A stretch of 63,710 nucleotides of DNA, counting the filler, from Octopus bimaculoides (lineage: Eukaryota): the NCBI RefSeq assembly GCF_001194135.2. It is 8 parts of 8 records of this genome, joined end to end, with 100 filler letters (N's around TTAATTAATTAA, not from the genome) between each part and the next. Parts side by side here need not be neighbours in the genome. Positions count along the whole stretch, not along the records: positions 8,016 to 16,363 come from NC_068994.1; positions 16,464 to 42,384 come from NC_068985.1; 6 more parts are not named here. One strand, given 5' to 3'. A program made the position numbers and the translations under genes. Positions 12,893 through 26,245 of the stretch are shown here, in pieces. Positions within the stretch are counted from its first letter, which is position 1, and each line of letters opens with the position of its first letter. Under the pieces are notes generated by a model, which was not told the DNA's origin, did no database searches, and was given only the letters and a program-made list of their open reading frames with translations.

Positions 12893-13334
12893 TATTTATT
12901 TACTTTTATATCTTTAATTTTCGACATTACTTTTATTCTATTTGATTTTATCAATCACAATTACCACAACTGCCATCAATTTACTTTTGAACTACTGACT
13001 ATTCTTCGAAATCAACATCCCGTTCATAAGATACCTTTCCTTTCTTCTATTCATTTTAACTGTCATTGCATTTCATTTATTTTTATTTATTTATTCATTT
13101 ATCTATTTATACCTTTTAATGTCACTGGTCCCAAAGTTCACTCATCTGCTCATCGAGCAACGAAAATTATGACACCATATTACAAACAACAAATTTTTAA
13201 GTCAACGGTCTTTGTGTGTTTCTGAACGGCAAACTTGTGTCTTCTACATACGGCTTCAGATCGAAACATTTGTCATGCAATTACATCTCCGTATTCCTAC
13301 ATACATACATACATACATACATACATACATACAT

Positions 13335-13925
13335 AAGGCTATGTCATGTTTCTGTGGAAGACATCACGCATGTGATTAGCAGCTGTTCTAAAATGTCGTC
13401 ACGGTACTATCTCCCTCTGCGGCACTTTGTTGTCGCTAAAACAATTTACAATGCCATCCGCAAAAAGACTGTCCTGAAATAAACTTCGAAAATTCCTCTG
13501 TTATGGAATATATTCATAAACACCAACTCAAGGAATACTGGAGGAATATTCCCATCAAAACTTCTGTCAAATGTAAACATAACAGGCCGGATATTGTTGT
13601 TTGGGACAGAGGGGCAGAGGTGTGTACCGTCATAGAGGTCAGCTGCCCTGCAGATATAAATATTTCTTTGAAAATCAAAGAAAAAGGCGATATCTATGGA
13701 CAACTGCTTCGAAACCTCCAGCTTCTATATCCAGACTATGGATTCATATTCATACCAATAATAATTGGAGCACTAGGTTTTGTTAGTAAATGTTTAAAGG
13801 AGAATCTGGATAAACTGGGATTTTCAGAAAGAGAAATCGACCGGTTAATTCGGACATTACAAGTGCAATCTGTGAGTGGAACAATAAAAATAAGCAAAAC
13901 TTTTCTCAAGTTCCAAATGTGAATT
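13335..13925 (+). mobile_element. Non-LTR retrotransposon 3' fragment with a restriction-like endonuclease (R4/Dong/NeSL-like)
   Basis: Zinc-knuckle remnant EDITHVISSC..RH, then HNRPDIVVWD..IEVSCP..KEKGDIY..L..IIIGALG. Confidence 0.9.
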
Positions 13926-14095
13926 TGTGTTAACTATAGTAAGATGGAGCCTTGTATCTTTGTTGGAAACCGGCTGCGTCCTCAGTGGAAGATTTATAAT
14001 GATTAAAAATAGAAGAGACATACATACATACATACACTGACTCTCTCCCTGCCATCTCTCTCTCACACATACACACACATATATGCATATATTTA

Positions 14096-14135
<40 letters not shown>

Positions 14136-14433
14136 ATATATATATATATATATGTATATATATCATATAAATAATATACAAATATATGCATGTATCCATA
14201 CATACATGTACATACCTACATATATATGTATATATACATGCATATATGGATACAGGACATAAAAAAAAACGTTGAACACAATGATAAACGAAGACATAAA
14301 AACAAAAGCATAGAAAGCGAACTTTTTTTTCGAACAACGAAAAAAATAAACAGAGAAACGAGACATGCAACATAAAGAGTATACTCTTTCGTCAGTTGTC
14401 CCTGTTTCATCTACTCTGCGTTTCGAAGGCAAG

Positions 14434-14472
<39 letters not shown>

Positions 14473-15578
14473 ATTAATAAATTCAAAATAGGATAAAAAT
14501 CTTTCTTTTGAGGGTTGCTTTCCTCGCATTCGGTACTAAAATGTGTTTATTTGGGAAGTCTGTTGTGTGGCATTATTCTGTAGTAATGCTCTTATATAAA
14601 NNNNNNNNNNNNNNNNNNNNNNNNNNNNNNNNNNNNNNNNNNNNNNNNNNNNNNNNNNNNNNNNNNNNNNNNNNNNNNNNNNNNNNNNNNNNNNNNNNNN
14701 NNNNNNNNNNNNNNNNNNNNNNNNNNNNNNNNNNNNNNNNNNNNNNNNNNNNNNNNNNNNNNNNNNNNNNNNNNNNNNNNNNNNNNNNNNNNNNNNNNNN
14801 NNNNNNNNNNNNNNNNNNNNNNNNNNNNNNNNNNNNNNNNNNNNNNNNNNNNNNNNNNNNNNNNNNNNNNNNNNNNNNNNNNNNNNNNNNNNNNNNNNNN
14901 NNNNNNNNNNNNNNNNNNNNNNNNNNNNNNNNNNNNNNNNNNNNNNNNNNNNNNNNNNNNNNNNNNNNNNNNNNNNNNNNNNNNNNNNNNNNNNNNNNNN
15001 NNNNNNNNNNNNNNNNNNNNNNNNNNNNNNNNNNNNNNNNNNNNNNNNNNNNNNNNNNNNNNNNNNNNNNNNNNNNNNNNNNNNNNNNNNNNNNNNNNNN
15101 NNNNNNNNNNNNNNNNNNNNNNNNNNNNNNNNNNNNNNNNNNNNNNNNNNNNNNNNNNNNNNNNNNNNNNNNNNNNNNNNNNNNNNNNNNNNNNNNNNNN
15201 NNNNNNNNNNNNNNNNNNNNNNNNNNNNNNNNNNNNNNNNNNNNNNNNNNNNNNNNNNNNNNNNNNNNNNNNNNNNNNNNNNNNNNNNNNNNNNNNNNNN
15301 NNNNNNNNNNNNNNNNNNNNNNNNNNNNNNNNNNNNNNNNNNNNNNNNNNNNNNNNNNNNNNNNNNNNNNNNNNNNNNNNNNNNNNNNNNNNNNNNNNNN
15401 NNNNNNNNNNNNNNNNNNNNNNNNNNNNNNNNNNNNNNNNNNNNNNNNNNNNNNNNNNNNNNNNNNNNNNNNNNNNNNNNNNNNNNNNNNNNNNNNNNNN
15501 NNNNNNNNNNNNNNNNNNNNNNNNNNNNNNNNNNNNNNNNNNNNNNNNNNNNNNNNNNNNNNNNNNNNNNNNNNNNNN

Positions 15579-16060
15579 TCCTAACCATATGGTACTGCAT
15601 GGTACCATGTTTTCTACAATAGCCTGGAGCCGACCAAACCCTTGTGAGTGGGTCTGGTTAATAGAAACTAATGAAGTAAAGCGGCGAGCTGGCAGAAACG
15701 TTAGCACGCCGGCGCAATGCTTAGCGGTATTTCGTCTGCTGCTACGTTCTGAGTTCAAATCCGCCGAGGTCGACTTTGCCTTTCATCCTTTCAGTGTCGA
15801 TAAATTAAGTACCAGTTACGCACTGGGGTCGATGTAATCGACTTAATCCCTGTCTGTCCTTGTTTGTCCCCTCTATGTTTAAGCCCTTGTGGGCAATAAA
15901 GAATTAAGAAACTAATGAAGCTCGTCCTATATATATGTATATGTGTATGTGTGTGTGTATGTGCGTGTGTATGTGTCTGTATGTGTATGTATACGCTGTG
16001 TGTGTGTGTGTTTAACCCACACCACCGCTTGGCAACTAGTGTTGGTGTGTTTGCCTTCCA
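15579..16060 (+). mobile_element. SINE family B copy interrupted by a young SINE family A copy (15677-15906)
   Basis: The family A insert is flanked by a 14-bp target-site duplication (TSD), AGAAACTAATGAAG, at 15663-15676 and 15907-15920. Confidence 0.85.
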
Positions 16061-16061
16061 C

Positions 16062-16363
16062 AGTCACATATAGAAAATTAATAAGTAAAAGCACAATAAA
16101 TAAGTATAATATAATACAAAGTAAATATCATGAGATAATGATAATAAAACGACTACACGTGTTTCATAACCAAATTTTCAAATAGAAAAAATATTCAAAT
16201 CGATTAAAACTATCGAAAATCAATTCTATTCAAAAATATAGCTAATCTTCAGGTCAAATTACAACAATAATAATAATGAAAGAATATATATATCAACCAA
16301 CAATAAATAACAAATGAATGTATATAAAATACTTATTATATTAAGATAGAAAAATATTATTAA
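16062..16363 (-). mobile_element. Penelope-like terminal repeat fragment carrying a hammerhead motif; paralogous to 26515-26789
   Basis: About 300 bp alignable by eye with 26515-26789, and it contains the hammerhead motif. Confidence 0.65.
16150..16256 (-). ncRNA. Minimal type I hammerhead ribozyme motif
   Basis: TGAC-CTGAAGA-TTAGCTA...TGGTTAT-GAAAC-ACGT-GTA-GTCG. Core intact, palindromic CACGTG in loop III, 4-bp stem I, T.T mismatch at the base of stem II. Confidence 0.6.
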
Positions 16364-16463
16364 NNNNNNNNNNNNNNNNNNNNNNNNNNNNNNNNNNNNN
16401 NNNNNNNTTAATTAATTAANNNNNNNNNNNNNNNNNNNNNNNNNNNNNNNNNNNNNNNNNNNN

Positions 16464-16510
<47 letters not shown>

Positions 16511-17049
16511 AAGAAAGAAAGAGAGAAAAAGTAAAAGTGAGAAGGAATATGTGTGTATGTGTGTGCGTGTGCGTGTGTCTGTGTTGAAGCATAAACGTTT
16601 CCAATACAATGGATTAGTTGCACACATTTGTTTACATGGTGAATCTTCTAGAATCAGAATATTGTGAGTGTGAAAATCAAAGAGAATATTCAATGAAAGG
16701 TAAACATGCGAATGGAAGAGGACAAAAAAGAAAAAGAGGGAACGAAAGTTAGAAACCAACAAATACATTGACAAAGAATGAAAGAAAAAAAAAGAAAATA
16801 TATATGCATGAGAGACTGACAAATAAATAATGAATGAGTGAATGAATGCCAAAAGAAGATAGAAAGAAGTTAAATGGAAACCACCAGTGGGTTTTCTCTT
16901 CCTGAAGCTAAAATTTAATTCGCAGATTTAAATTAATATGAAATTTCTGGACTGTTAATCATATCTTTTATGTGTCTTCGTTCTATATTATACATTTGTG
17001 GATTTGCTCTCAGATTGTCTTCACGTGTCTTATTTATATATTTAGAAAC

Positions 17050-17250
17050 ACCCCTAATGCTGTATGTCAATGCCCGTGTCGTAACGGTTTGTGTTTTAAT
17101 ATTTTATTGTTTTCTGCCGAGGTAGACTTTGCCTTTCGCCCTTTCGAGGCCGATAAAATAAGTACCAATCCACACCGGGGTCGATGTAATCAACTTATGT
17201 CCTCCAGTGTAATCAACTTACGACTGACCTTGTGCCAGAATTTGAAAGCA
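17050..17250 (+). mobile_element. SINE family A copy
   Basis: Core GAGGTAGACTTTGCCTTTCGCCCTTTCGAGGCCGATAAAATAAGTACC. Confidence 0.8.
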
Positions 17251-17785
17251 ACATTTTGTTATGTAGTAGAACAGCTCAGTCTTCTTGCTGTCTTTAAAAT
17301 GAGCCTTGAAGATGCATATCTAATGTTTGTCTTTAGTGAGATCTACTACCTGTTGTTGATGACAATCTTGTTAACTAGTTCACTAATCCAGGTTCTAAAA
17401 TACTTTCATGCTTGCAAAGATCGGTTCAGTTTCCAGTAACCAACCCCTTGCCTTTCTCTTTTGTCCTGTATATGTCACGAATTTAAGGTTGTGCAGTCAC
17501 TTCTTCAAAGCTGCGGACAACGTACACAACATCTAACGGTTAAGCTGAAGAAACTAATTCTATGTACGATCTCTGGATGACCTACTGCGCTTTGTTTAAA
17601 CCACAAAGGCGCACGCTGTAAAGAATACATTATTCATTTGTAACATAATATAGCAGTATGTGTTCAAATGTCTTATTAAATAAATTTCAATACAAATATA
17701 GCAAAACACTTTTTGCTATATTTGTATAGAAAAAGAGGAAGGGTGAGAGAGAGGGTAGAGAGAGAGAGAGAGGAGAAAGAGAGAA

Positions 17786-17840
<55 letters not shown>

Positions 17841-19009
17841 AGAAAGTGAACGAGATAAAATAGCGAATAGCTGATTGGTTATGACAAGAATTCTGTAGAA
17901 TGAAGCTATTTATAATGTAAAAGGTAAAGAAAGACCCACTTTAATATAGAAATAAATACTCGTTGTTGGGATTTTCGGGAAAGCAAGAAAAGTTGCATTA
18001 ATGGAAACAAATCAAATATTGAAAAGGATAACGGAGATGAGAGAAAGATTTGTATGAGTAATTTAACACATGTTTGAATGACTTATTTGACAATGGGATC
18101 CCTGGTGGTCGGTTTTCTCGGTTCCAGTATGGTGCTCATTGAAGGAGTTTACGAATATCTGGTTGACTAAAAGCGAACGACTCAGCCTAAGGAGGACATT
18201 CAGCAAATGAAATAGCTTGTGATGAGCAGTTGTCGGCACCTGTGATTAGGCATCATTTAGCTATTAAAGACTAGTTTCAAAATATCTCCTACATTGTTAC
18301 GTACGATTTCCGAGAAAAATTGGAGGTCATATGGAAAAAGGTAGTCGTGGATATACACTGTCTAAAATAGGGGTAGGGTGTTTACAGTTTGAATGTTTTA
18401 GATCATCATCATGAACCACAATAGCAATAACATATATGGCCACTTTAGTAGCGATGTGATCTTCATAGCTGCCAATCGTACAGTCACCATGCACAAAATG
18501 TCTGATTTTGTCAAACCAATAAAATGACTGATGTTACTTTTGCTACGCTTAAACAGTATGTCACACTCTATGTCAAAATACTTGTTGAACTTTTAAATCA
18601 ATCCTTCTCTCTCTACAATGTTCACTCTCAATCTGTGCTAAGACGTTAAAGCGTCTCCAAAAGAAGCAATCACACCCATCTCCAATATCTGAAAGAGACA
18701 AATAACTACCTCTTCTCAAATCTTTTTCATTTCTCTGTAATGATCTGTACTATTTTCGTAGAGTCATGTCTATTAGAGATATTTTTAAATGGCTAATTCA
18801 GATGAAAGCCAGTGTGTATGACCTTTTTCAAGGCCTCCGACATTGGCAGAAGCGAACGGAAGTTATACTCAGGGTCAGGTAAATGGTGTTAAACCGGGCA
18901 ATCATATATGTTTGCCATTCAAGGAACTGTCCCTGCGACTGCTTCACTCACAAAGTTTTGCTTGACTCGCGGCTATAATACACAATACATGTTCAAGCTG
19001 TCGGAAATA

Positions 19010-19137
19010 CAATGTGTCCGGAAAGTCATGGTGAAATTTCAAAACTATTTATTGAAGTAATTTGCGATGCTACATAGTGTTGCAAGTTACATCAATGAAT
19101 AATTTTGAAATTCCACCATGATTTTATGGATACACTG
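19010..19137. mobile_element. 128-bp Tc1/mariner-type MITE
   Basis: TA-flanked. Imperfect ~35-bp TIRs CAATGTGTCCGGAAAGTCATGGTGAAATTTCAAAA and (reverse complement) CAGTGTATCCATAAAATCATGGTGGAATTTCAAAA. Confidence 0.8.
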
Positions 19138-19229
19138 TAGTTGTCTTCCTAACCGATATTTCATACCAGCAGCATCTCTCTTCCTCCTCCCGCTTTGTTT
19201 CACTTTCTCTTATTTTTCTTCTCTCTTAA

Positions 19230-19780
19230 GAACTAAGGAAAAGGCAATTTTATTGCCTTTGATATCAGCAAAGCCTTGAACCGTGTTTAACAAGAATCTT
19301 TAAGCTAGTTTACACGCTTTAGATCTGCATTTGTCACTTATTTCCTTGGTCAAATGTTACATGAGCGGCAACATACGCTGAACCACCTTCTATCAACTAA
19401 GTTGTCTCCAAATGTCACTCCAAATCTTCTACCAGTACAGCTATGTTGTTTCTTCGAACCACATACACTTCACAACAAAGAATACCTACCGTCTTAACAT
19501 TGCATACACAAGCATAATTTACTTAGATCCCAGATACCTCACGCCTGCTAAATATGTAGCCTTCATGATCAAAGGCCTCAAAAGCATATCCCAATACAGG
19601 CAGCAAAGCCTAGCTTCAAAGGTACCGTTTAAAATCCATATGTCGACAAATGAAAGCCACTGTAAGTGCTAAACCTGAAAGCCTCGACTATCTCTAGTTG
19701 CGACTTTCTGTATATGTCTTTACTATAAATGTATCTCACAAAACAAAGTTTCATCCCTCAGGATTAGAAAATACTTCAGC
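19230..19780 (+). mobile_element. Highly degenerate LINE reverse transcriptase (RT) fragment
   Basis: IAFDISKALNRV*QESL resembles the RT motif xxLDISKAFDRVxH; stops and frameshifts present. Confidence 0.4.
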
Positions 19781-19929
19781 TCTGATCAGTTGCTGATTGT
19801 CAACGATGATAGAGTGCAAGTGGCAATGGACAGCTATGCATATAATTAGGTTGATACTGCTGCCTTCTTCACACACAGACGTCGTAAAACATCATTTGAC
19901 TGACTGATACTTTTATTTATCAATGTTAC

Positions 19930-20145
19930 TTTCAAGTTTTGGCACAATGCCAGCAATTTTGGTGGTGGGAGGTGGGATAAGTCGATTACGTCGAACCCCA
20001 GTATGCAACTGGTACTTATTTTATCGACCTCGACAGGATGAAAGGCAAAGTCGACCTGAGCGGAATTTGAACTCAGTACATAAAGCCGGACGAAATGCCG
20101 CTAAGCATTTCGACCGGAGTACTAACGATTCTGCCCGCCCGCTCG
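19930..20145 (-). mobile_element. SINE family A copy
   Basis: Full head, core and TGTGCCAAAA..GAAA tail on the minus strand. Confidence 0.85.
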
Positions 20146-20934
20146 CTGCATTATTTAGTTACCAATATTGGACACCTATTCTCTTAACTGTGGTGATGGT
20201 TCTGCAGCACGCACAGATATAAATTAACTTTTTACTAAGTACCACAAAATCATTTACCAATATCGGAGAACTGTTCATTTATCGGAGTGAATGCTGCTGC
20301 AACAAACACAGCCACCATAAAGCACTATTTGACTGAATAGCACCAAATTCATCCCCTAGCACTGAACAACCGCTCACATATCTGCGACAACGTAACTGCC
20401 GCACACACACATAAACATATCCAGATATCACAAACCAACCCTAAACTGATTGACGCAAACACTTCCATCACATGCATAAGACTTCACTCTGACATTCTGC
20501 TTCAAATGATAATAGAAGGCTTCTTACGCTTTTCAAGCAAGTCCACCTAACACCCCTATCGTTCCACTCCTCATCGACATGACTGCATTTTATCATTCAG
20601 ATTCGCCAGTTACCATTCTATGCAATCCTTGCATCACATTAACCCCCCTTCACACCCATGATTTATTTTCCAGCCTATGTTCATTCACAGAAGGTCAAAT
20701 ATCCCTTATCGGTCACATTAAACAGGAAGACCTACAAATGTTAGAAGCACATACCCTTCTCGGATTAATTAATAAACAGTGTCGGTTGTAATTTGAGGGA
20801 AATTTAGTTACTGTTCCTGCTACACCTGGAAGATGGAATGCTTAGGGATGGAGTGTCTTTGATTATAAACATGGCCCAGCAGATTAAATGACAGCCCCCC
20901 CTCCACTACTGCTGCTACTACTGCAAGCCATAAT

Positions 20935-21480
20935 AACTGCTAGAAATTTTGCAACAAGACTGGCAATTCTGAGAGGAAGGTGAAGCCGGTGCAAAACTGA
21001 CAATAATTTTATCAACCTCAAAAGGATGAAAACAAAAGTCAACCTTGGCGAAAATTAAACACATAGCGTAAAGGTTCGGAAGAAATACCACAAAACATTT
21101 TGTCCGGCGCAGTAACAATTCCGCCAATCTGTCGCTCTGAAATCATTTCTTATATAGATACAGTCACAACTTCGGAGAAGTTTAATTGTTGAAATTGACC
21201 CTAGTACTTGAAGGTTAGTTAATTTTATGAAATTCGAAAGTAATGTTGACCTTGGTGAAACTTTATAACAATAATAATAATCCTTTCTACTATAAGCACA
21301 AGGCCTCAAATTTGAGGGAAGGGAGCAAGTCGATTACATCAACTCCAGTACTTGACTGGTACTTAATTTATCGATTTCGAAAAGATGAAAGGCAAAATCG
21401 AAGTCGGTGGAATTTAAACTCAGAACGTAAAGACGGGAGAAATACCGGTACGCATTTTGCTCGGCGTGCCAACAATTCTA
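20935..21480 (-). mobile_element. Cluster of three SINE A-related copies
   Basis: Copy at 20935-21135, degenerate copy at 21140-21260, and a subfamily copy at 21290-21480 with an (AAT)n tail. Confidence 0.75.
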
Positions 21481-21485
21481 CCACC

Positions 21486-21523
<38 letters not shown>

Positions 21524-21773
21524 CAATGATCAAATTGAAAACATTAATTCCATTCTACAACTCATTTGTGTTTTAAGTGAGGTTATATTGAATACATTTA
21601 ATCCAGAATTAATTTAATATCTTGTAGTTGTCGAGACATATTCATTACATTGCACTTGTCTCAGTATTTGCTTGAAATTTACGTGGTTTTAATTAATTTT
21701 AATTAATGATGTACCGAGTTGGTTGTAGAAGCAACAGAGCTAGACCTGTAGTTTAGTAACTAAAATCATATTC

Positions 21774-22158
21774 GTGGAGGCGCAGTGGCACAGTGGTTAG
21801 GGCAGCGGACTCGCGGTCATAGGATCGCGGTTTCGATTCCCACACCGGGCGTTGTGAGTGTTTATTGAGCGAAAACACCTAAAGCTCCACGAGGCTCCGG
21901 CAGGGGATGGTGGCGAACCCTGATGCATTCTTTCACCACAACTTTCTCTCACTCTTACTTCCTGTTTCTGTTGTGCCTGTAATTCAAAGGGTCAGCCTTG
22001 TCACACTGTGTCACGCTGAATATCCCCGAGAACTACATTAAGGGTACACGTGTCTGTGGAGTGCTCAGCCACTTGCACGTTAATTTCACGAGCAGGCTGT
22101 TCCGTTGATCGGATCAACTGGAACCCTCGACGTCGTAAGCGACGGAGTGCCAACAACA
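21774..22158 (+). mobile_element. Full-length tRNA-derived SINE family D
   Basis: A box TGGCACAGTGG, B-box-like GGTTTCGATTCCC, (AAC)n tail, imperfect TSD AAAATCA(T/C)ATT. Confidence 0.8.
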
Positions 22159-22724
22159 AAAATCACATTTAAATTCCATCGCGTCTGACTTCGGCTCTTT
22201 CTCCCTCAAACTCAATAAAATACATAAGTGAATATGTTACTGTTCAATAACCTATTGTAATTGTGATAAATCTATTGGACCACAATCTATTGGATCACAG
22301 AAGAAAAACCAGGTTCATGTACTTTTGGAGGTAGTCATCCTAGCGGATTTTATCCATGTTCAAGGGTGTTGTTGTTTTTGCTGCTGCTGCTGCTACCAGT
22401 GTTGTTTAATCTCAAATTTGTTCTGGTCGAAGTGACTTTCAAATGAATAAAATACATAAAAGTAATGGTGGCTTCAGCTTATATTTTGAAGAATAGCGTT
22501 TTCACGAACTACATTAACTAATGAGTGCCTTTTAAAGACAGTAAGGACAGTAATTCCAAAACAGTGTGACGTAGTACATAAGTGTGCCGCGGTATGACAC
22601 TATGTACGTCGCAAAAATGCAATCATATTTGAAAAAACGTGAAAAATAAAAGCTGAAATTCTAAATGAAAATCTTTTAGAAGTTTGTTTCATTTATTGAA
22701 TAAAGAAGTAATTAATATTTTTTA

Positions 22725-23090
22725 GGCGTGGCTGTGTGGTAAGAGCCTTGCTTCCCAACCACATGGTTCCGGGTTCAGCCTCACTGCGTAGCATCTTGGG
22801 CAAGTGTTTTCTATTATAGTCTCGGGCCGACCAAGGCCTTGCGAATGGATTTACATATGTATATATCTATGTATGTGAGAGTGTGCTTGTATTTGACCAT
22901 CCAACACCGCTTGACAACCGGCGTTGGTGAGTTTACGTTCCCGTAATGTAGCGGTTCGGCAAAAGATACCGATAGAATAAGTACAAGGCTTTAAAAAGTG
23001 AGTCCTGGGGTCAATTTGTTCGACTAAAATCCTTCAAGGTGGTGCTCCAGCATGGCCGCAGCTAAATGATTGAAACAAATAAAAGAGAAA
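22725..23090 (+). mobile_element. SINE family B, near full length
   Basis: GGCGTGGCTGTGTGGTAAG..GGTTCCGGGTTCAG..TCTTGGGCAAGTG.., an internal (TA/TG)n tract, and 3' GGTGCTCCAGCATGGCCGCAG. Confidence 0.85.
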
Positions 23091-23624
23091 GATTTAAAAC
23101 TATAGATAGCAAATTGGCGGAGCTTTTATTACGAATACTCTGCAGTATTTGTATACATTCTTTGTGCTCCAAGTTCGAATCCTGTCGGGGTCAACTTTGA
23201 CTTTTATTGTTACAGGGTAACAATGCATTGTTACAGGGATAATGCATTGGCAGAACTGTTAGAGGTCGGATGAGATGTTGTGCAATATCACTTCCAGTTT
23301 TTTGCGTAATGATAGCAAACTTTGTAACGACACCTCTGTTAACTTGTCTCGGCCTTAAATGTTCCTTAAATATTCCTTGAATAAACATTGGTGTTGCGGA
23401 GAGAGGAGACTTGTTTGAATAATTAAATTGCTAAATTTCTTCATAAAATCTTTTCCAGCTTAAACATAGTTGTTGAGATGATAATCATTGATGACTGACA
23501 GATGACCCTTACCTTTATAGGATAAAATATAAAAAAAAAACAAAGACATTTTCATACAGGTTTTGAATTTATGCACTAAATGCATCAAAATAATTTTGTT
23601 TCAAATTACATAAAAAATACTTGA

Positions 23625-23840
23625 AAAGGCGCAAGTGTAGCTTTGTACTAAGAAGCTTCCTTCTCAACCATATGGTTCTGGGTTCAGTCCCACTGCGTAG
23701 CACCTTGGGCGGGCTGATCAAAGCCTTGTAAGNNNNNNNNNNNNNNNNNNNNNNNNNNNNNNNNNNNNNNNNNNNNNNNNNNNNNNNNNNNNNNNNNNNN
23801 NNNNNNNNNNNNNNNNNNNNNNNNNNNNNNNNNNNNNNNN

Positions 23841-23926
<86 letters not shown>

Positions 23927-24095
23927 CTCAACACTGCTTGACAACTGACGTTGTTGGTGTGTTCACGTCCCTCGTCAGGATAAGTGCTCGGATTAAAAAA
24001 AAATAAAGCCTGGGGACGATTTGTTCGGCTAAAATTTTACAAGGTGGTACCCCAGAATGGCCGTAGTCAAATCACTGAAACAAATAAACGATAAA
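23625..24095 (+). mobile_element. SINE family B copy spanning a gap
   Basis: Head, CACCTTGGGC, internal microsatellite and 3' GGTGGTACCCCAGAATGGCCG. Confidence 0.75.
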
Positions 24096-24879
24096 AGATA
24101 AAATATATTGTGTGTTTGAGGAAGATTTTGCTGTTACTTGTAGCAAGTCGAGTGATAAATGATGCAATTCGCCATTAACTCGAATCCGCTGAAGTCAATG
24201 TCTAGTTAGAAGAATAGAGCTGAGCCCCGAGTATTATAGAAACATTCATCAGTTTCGCAATACCTTTGATTTCTCTCACTCTGCTAGGTACACAGTCATA
24301 ATAACCCACCCAGAAATTAAATGTTAATGTAAACGTCCGGTAGTAGTCGAACTAATATAATCTAGAAATACCAAAATAAAATAGTGTAATGCATTTCAGT
24401 ACGGTGCTTTCAGGATCGATATCAATACGAATAATAGGTAGGATACAACCATTGAAAAATGTAGAACAGAAAGCAACAACAAAACAACATAGCAAAATAT
24501 AAAAAAAAAGGTGGGGTGGAGGGCGAAAAGTATATATGTAATGTAATTTGGTTATGGATTATATATAATTTTCTTCCCTCTGCCAAAAGTGATTATATTC
24601 ATATCATCGCTTTTCTGAATAGGCCTCCATTAAAAAAAAAGAACCTATTTGAAATAAATCCTATAGACGCAGTTATTTGTAGTCAGCATTTCTTTTTTTT
24701 TTTTTTTCATTTTGACAAATCTAATAAATGAGTAAAGTAACATGAAGAAAAGAGAAAACGGAAAATAACAAACATAAAAATGGAGAGAGAATAGATGAAA
24801 CACAAAAAGAGCTTGTCATATGTATGTCTGTCTGTCTGTATGTATATAAATGTATGTCCTTCCCTCTCTCTGTCTCTCT

Positions 24880-24979
<100 letters not shown>

Positions 24980-25051
24980 TTATGATTTATATGTAAACTT
25001 AAACAGATATATGTTCAGGCCGTATATAAGACAACATATATGGATTACACA

Positions 25052-25123
<72 letters not shown>

Positions 25124-25158
25124 GCGCGCGTGTGCGCGCGCATGTGTGTGCGTGCGTA

Positions 25159-25190
<32 letters not shown>

Positions 25191-25519
25191 CATACAGATG
25201 TAGCTATGTATATAGATATACGTATGTGCAGGTATGTTTGTGCGAATGCGTATAATCGACTCGAAACCTACTACACTTCTTCATAGTTTACAATATCAAG
25301 TGATCTGCGTTCTGTTAGCGACAGTATATTTTGAACAACTACATTTCTGTAGTTCTGTGACGACGAGAGTACTTATCGTTTATCTTTTTTTTGTGACAGC
25401 TATTAGACTGCAGCCACGCTAGGGCAATGCCTTGAATGAGTTTAGTCGAACGAATCGTCCCCCGTACCTATTTAAAAAAAATTAGTTAATAGAAACATAC
25501 TTGTATCCACAGTTATACT

Positions 25520-25925
25520 TATTGATTTCAAATTTTGGCACAAGGTCATCAAGTTCGGAGAAGTGAGCCGATTAACCGACCCCAGTGCTCAAATGATACT
25601 TATTTTATTGACACTGAAAGTATGAGATGTAATGTCGACCTCTGTGGAATTTGAATTCAGAGCGTAAAGACGGACGAAATGCCGCTAAGCATTTTGCCTG
25701 GCGTGCTAACGGTTCTGCCATCTCGCTGCCTTAATATCAGCTGATATACTGGTTTCAAATTTCGGCACAAGGCCAGCAATTTTGGGAGAGATGGTAAGTC
25801 GATCACATCGATCCTAGTAATCAACTATTTATTTTATAATCTCCAAAATGTATTTGAACTCGGAATGTAAAGGTGAACGAAATGCTGTAAAGTATTTTGC
25901 TCAACGTGCTAACAACCCTGCCAGG
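25520..25925 (-). mobile_element. Two tandem SINE family A copies
   Basis: Both show the TTTCAAATTT(T/C)GGCACAAGG tail and the head on the minus strand. Confidence 0.8.
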
Positions 25926-26091
25926 TAAAAGTAAGATCCAAGGATCCAGGTGAAGGACGTTAGTAAGCTTCGAGAAGTCTGAAGAAGGTAAAAAGATACT
26001 TTCAGGAACAATAATGGTTTATTGGCATACAGGGATGTAAATTTTCCCATATCGAAGTTCGATGAGACTAAGAAAGCCCACCGTTAGCAAC

Positions 26092-26126
<35 letters not shown>

Positions 26127-26245
26127 GAATAATAATAATAAATGGAGCAAAACGCATATTAATCAATAAGTTCCTTCAGACAGACAGACACACACAAAAG
26201 TTGATAAATAATGCAAAACGGAATAAACGACATTTTATATTGATA

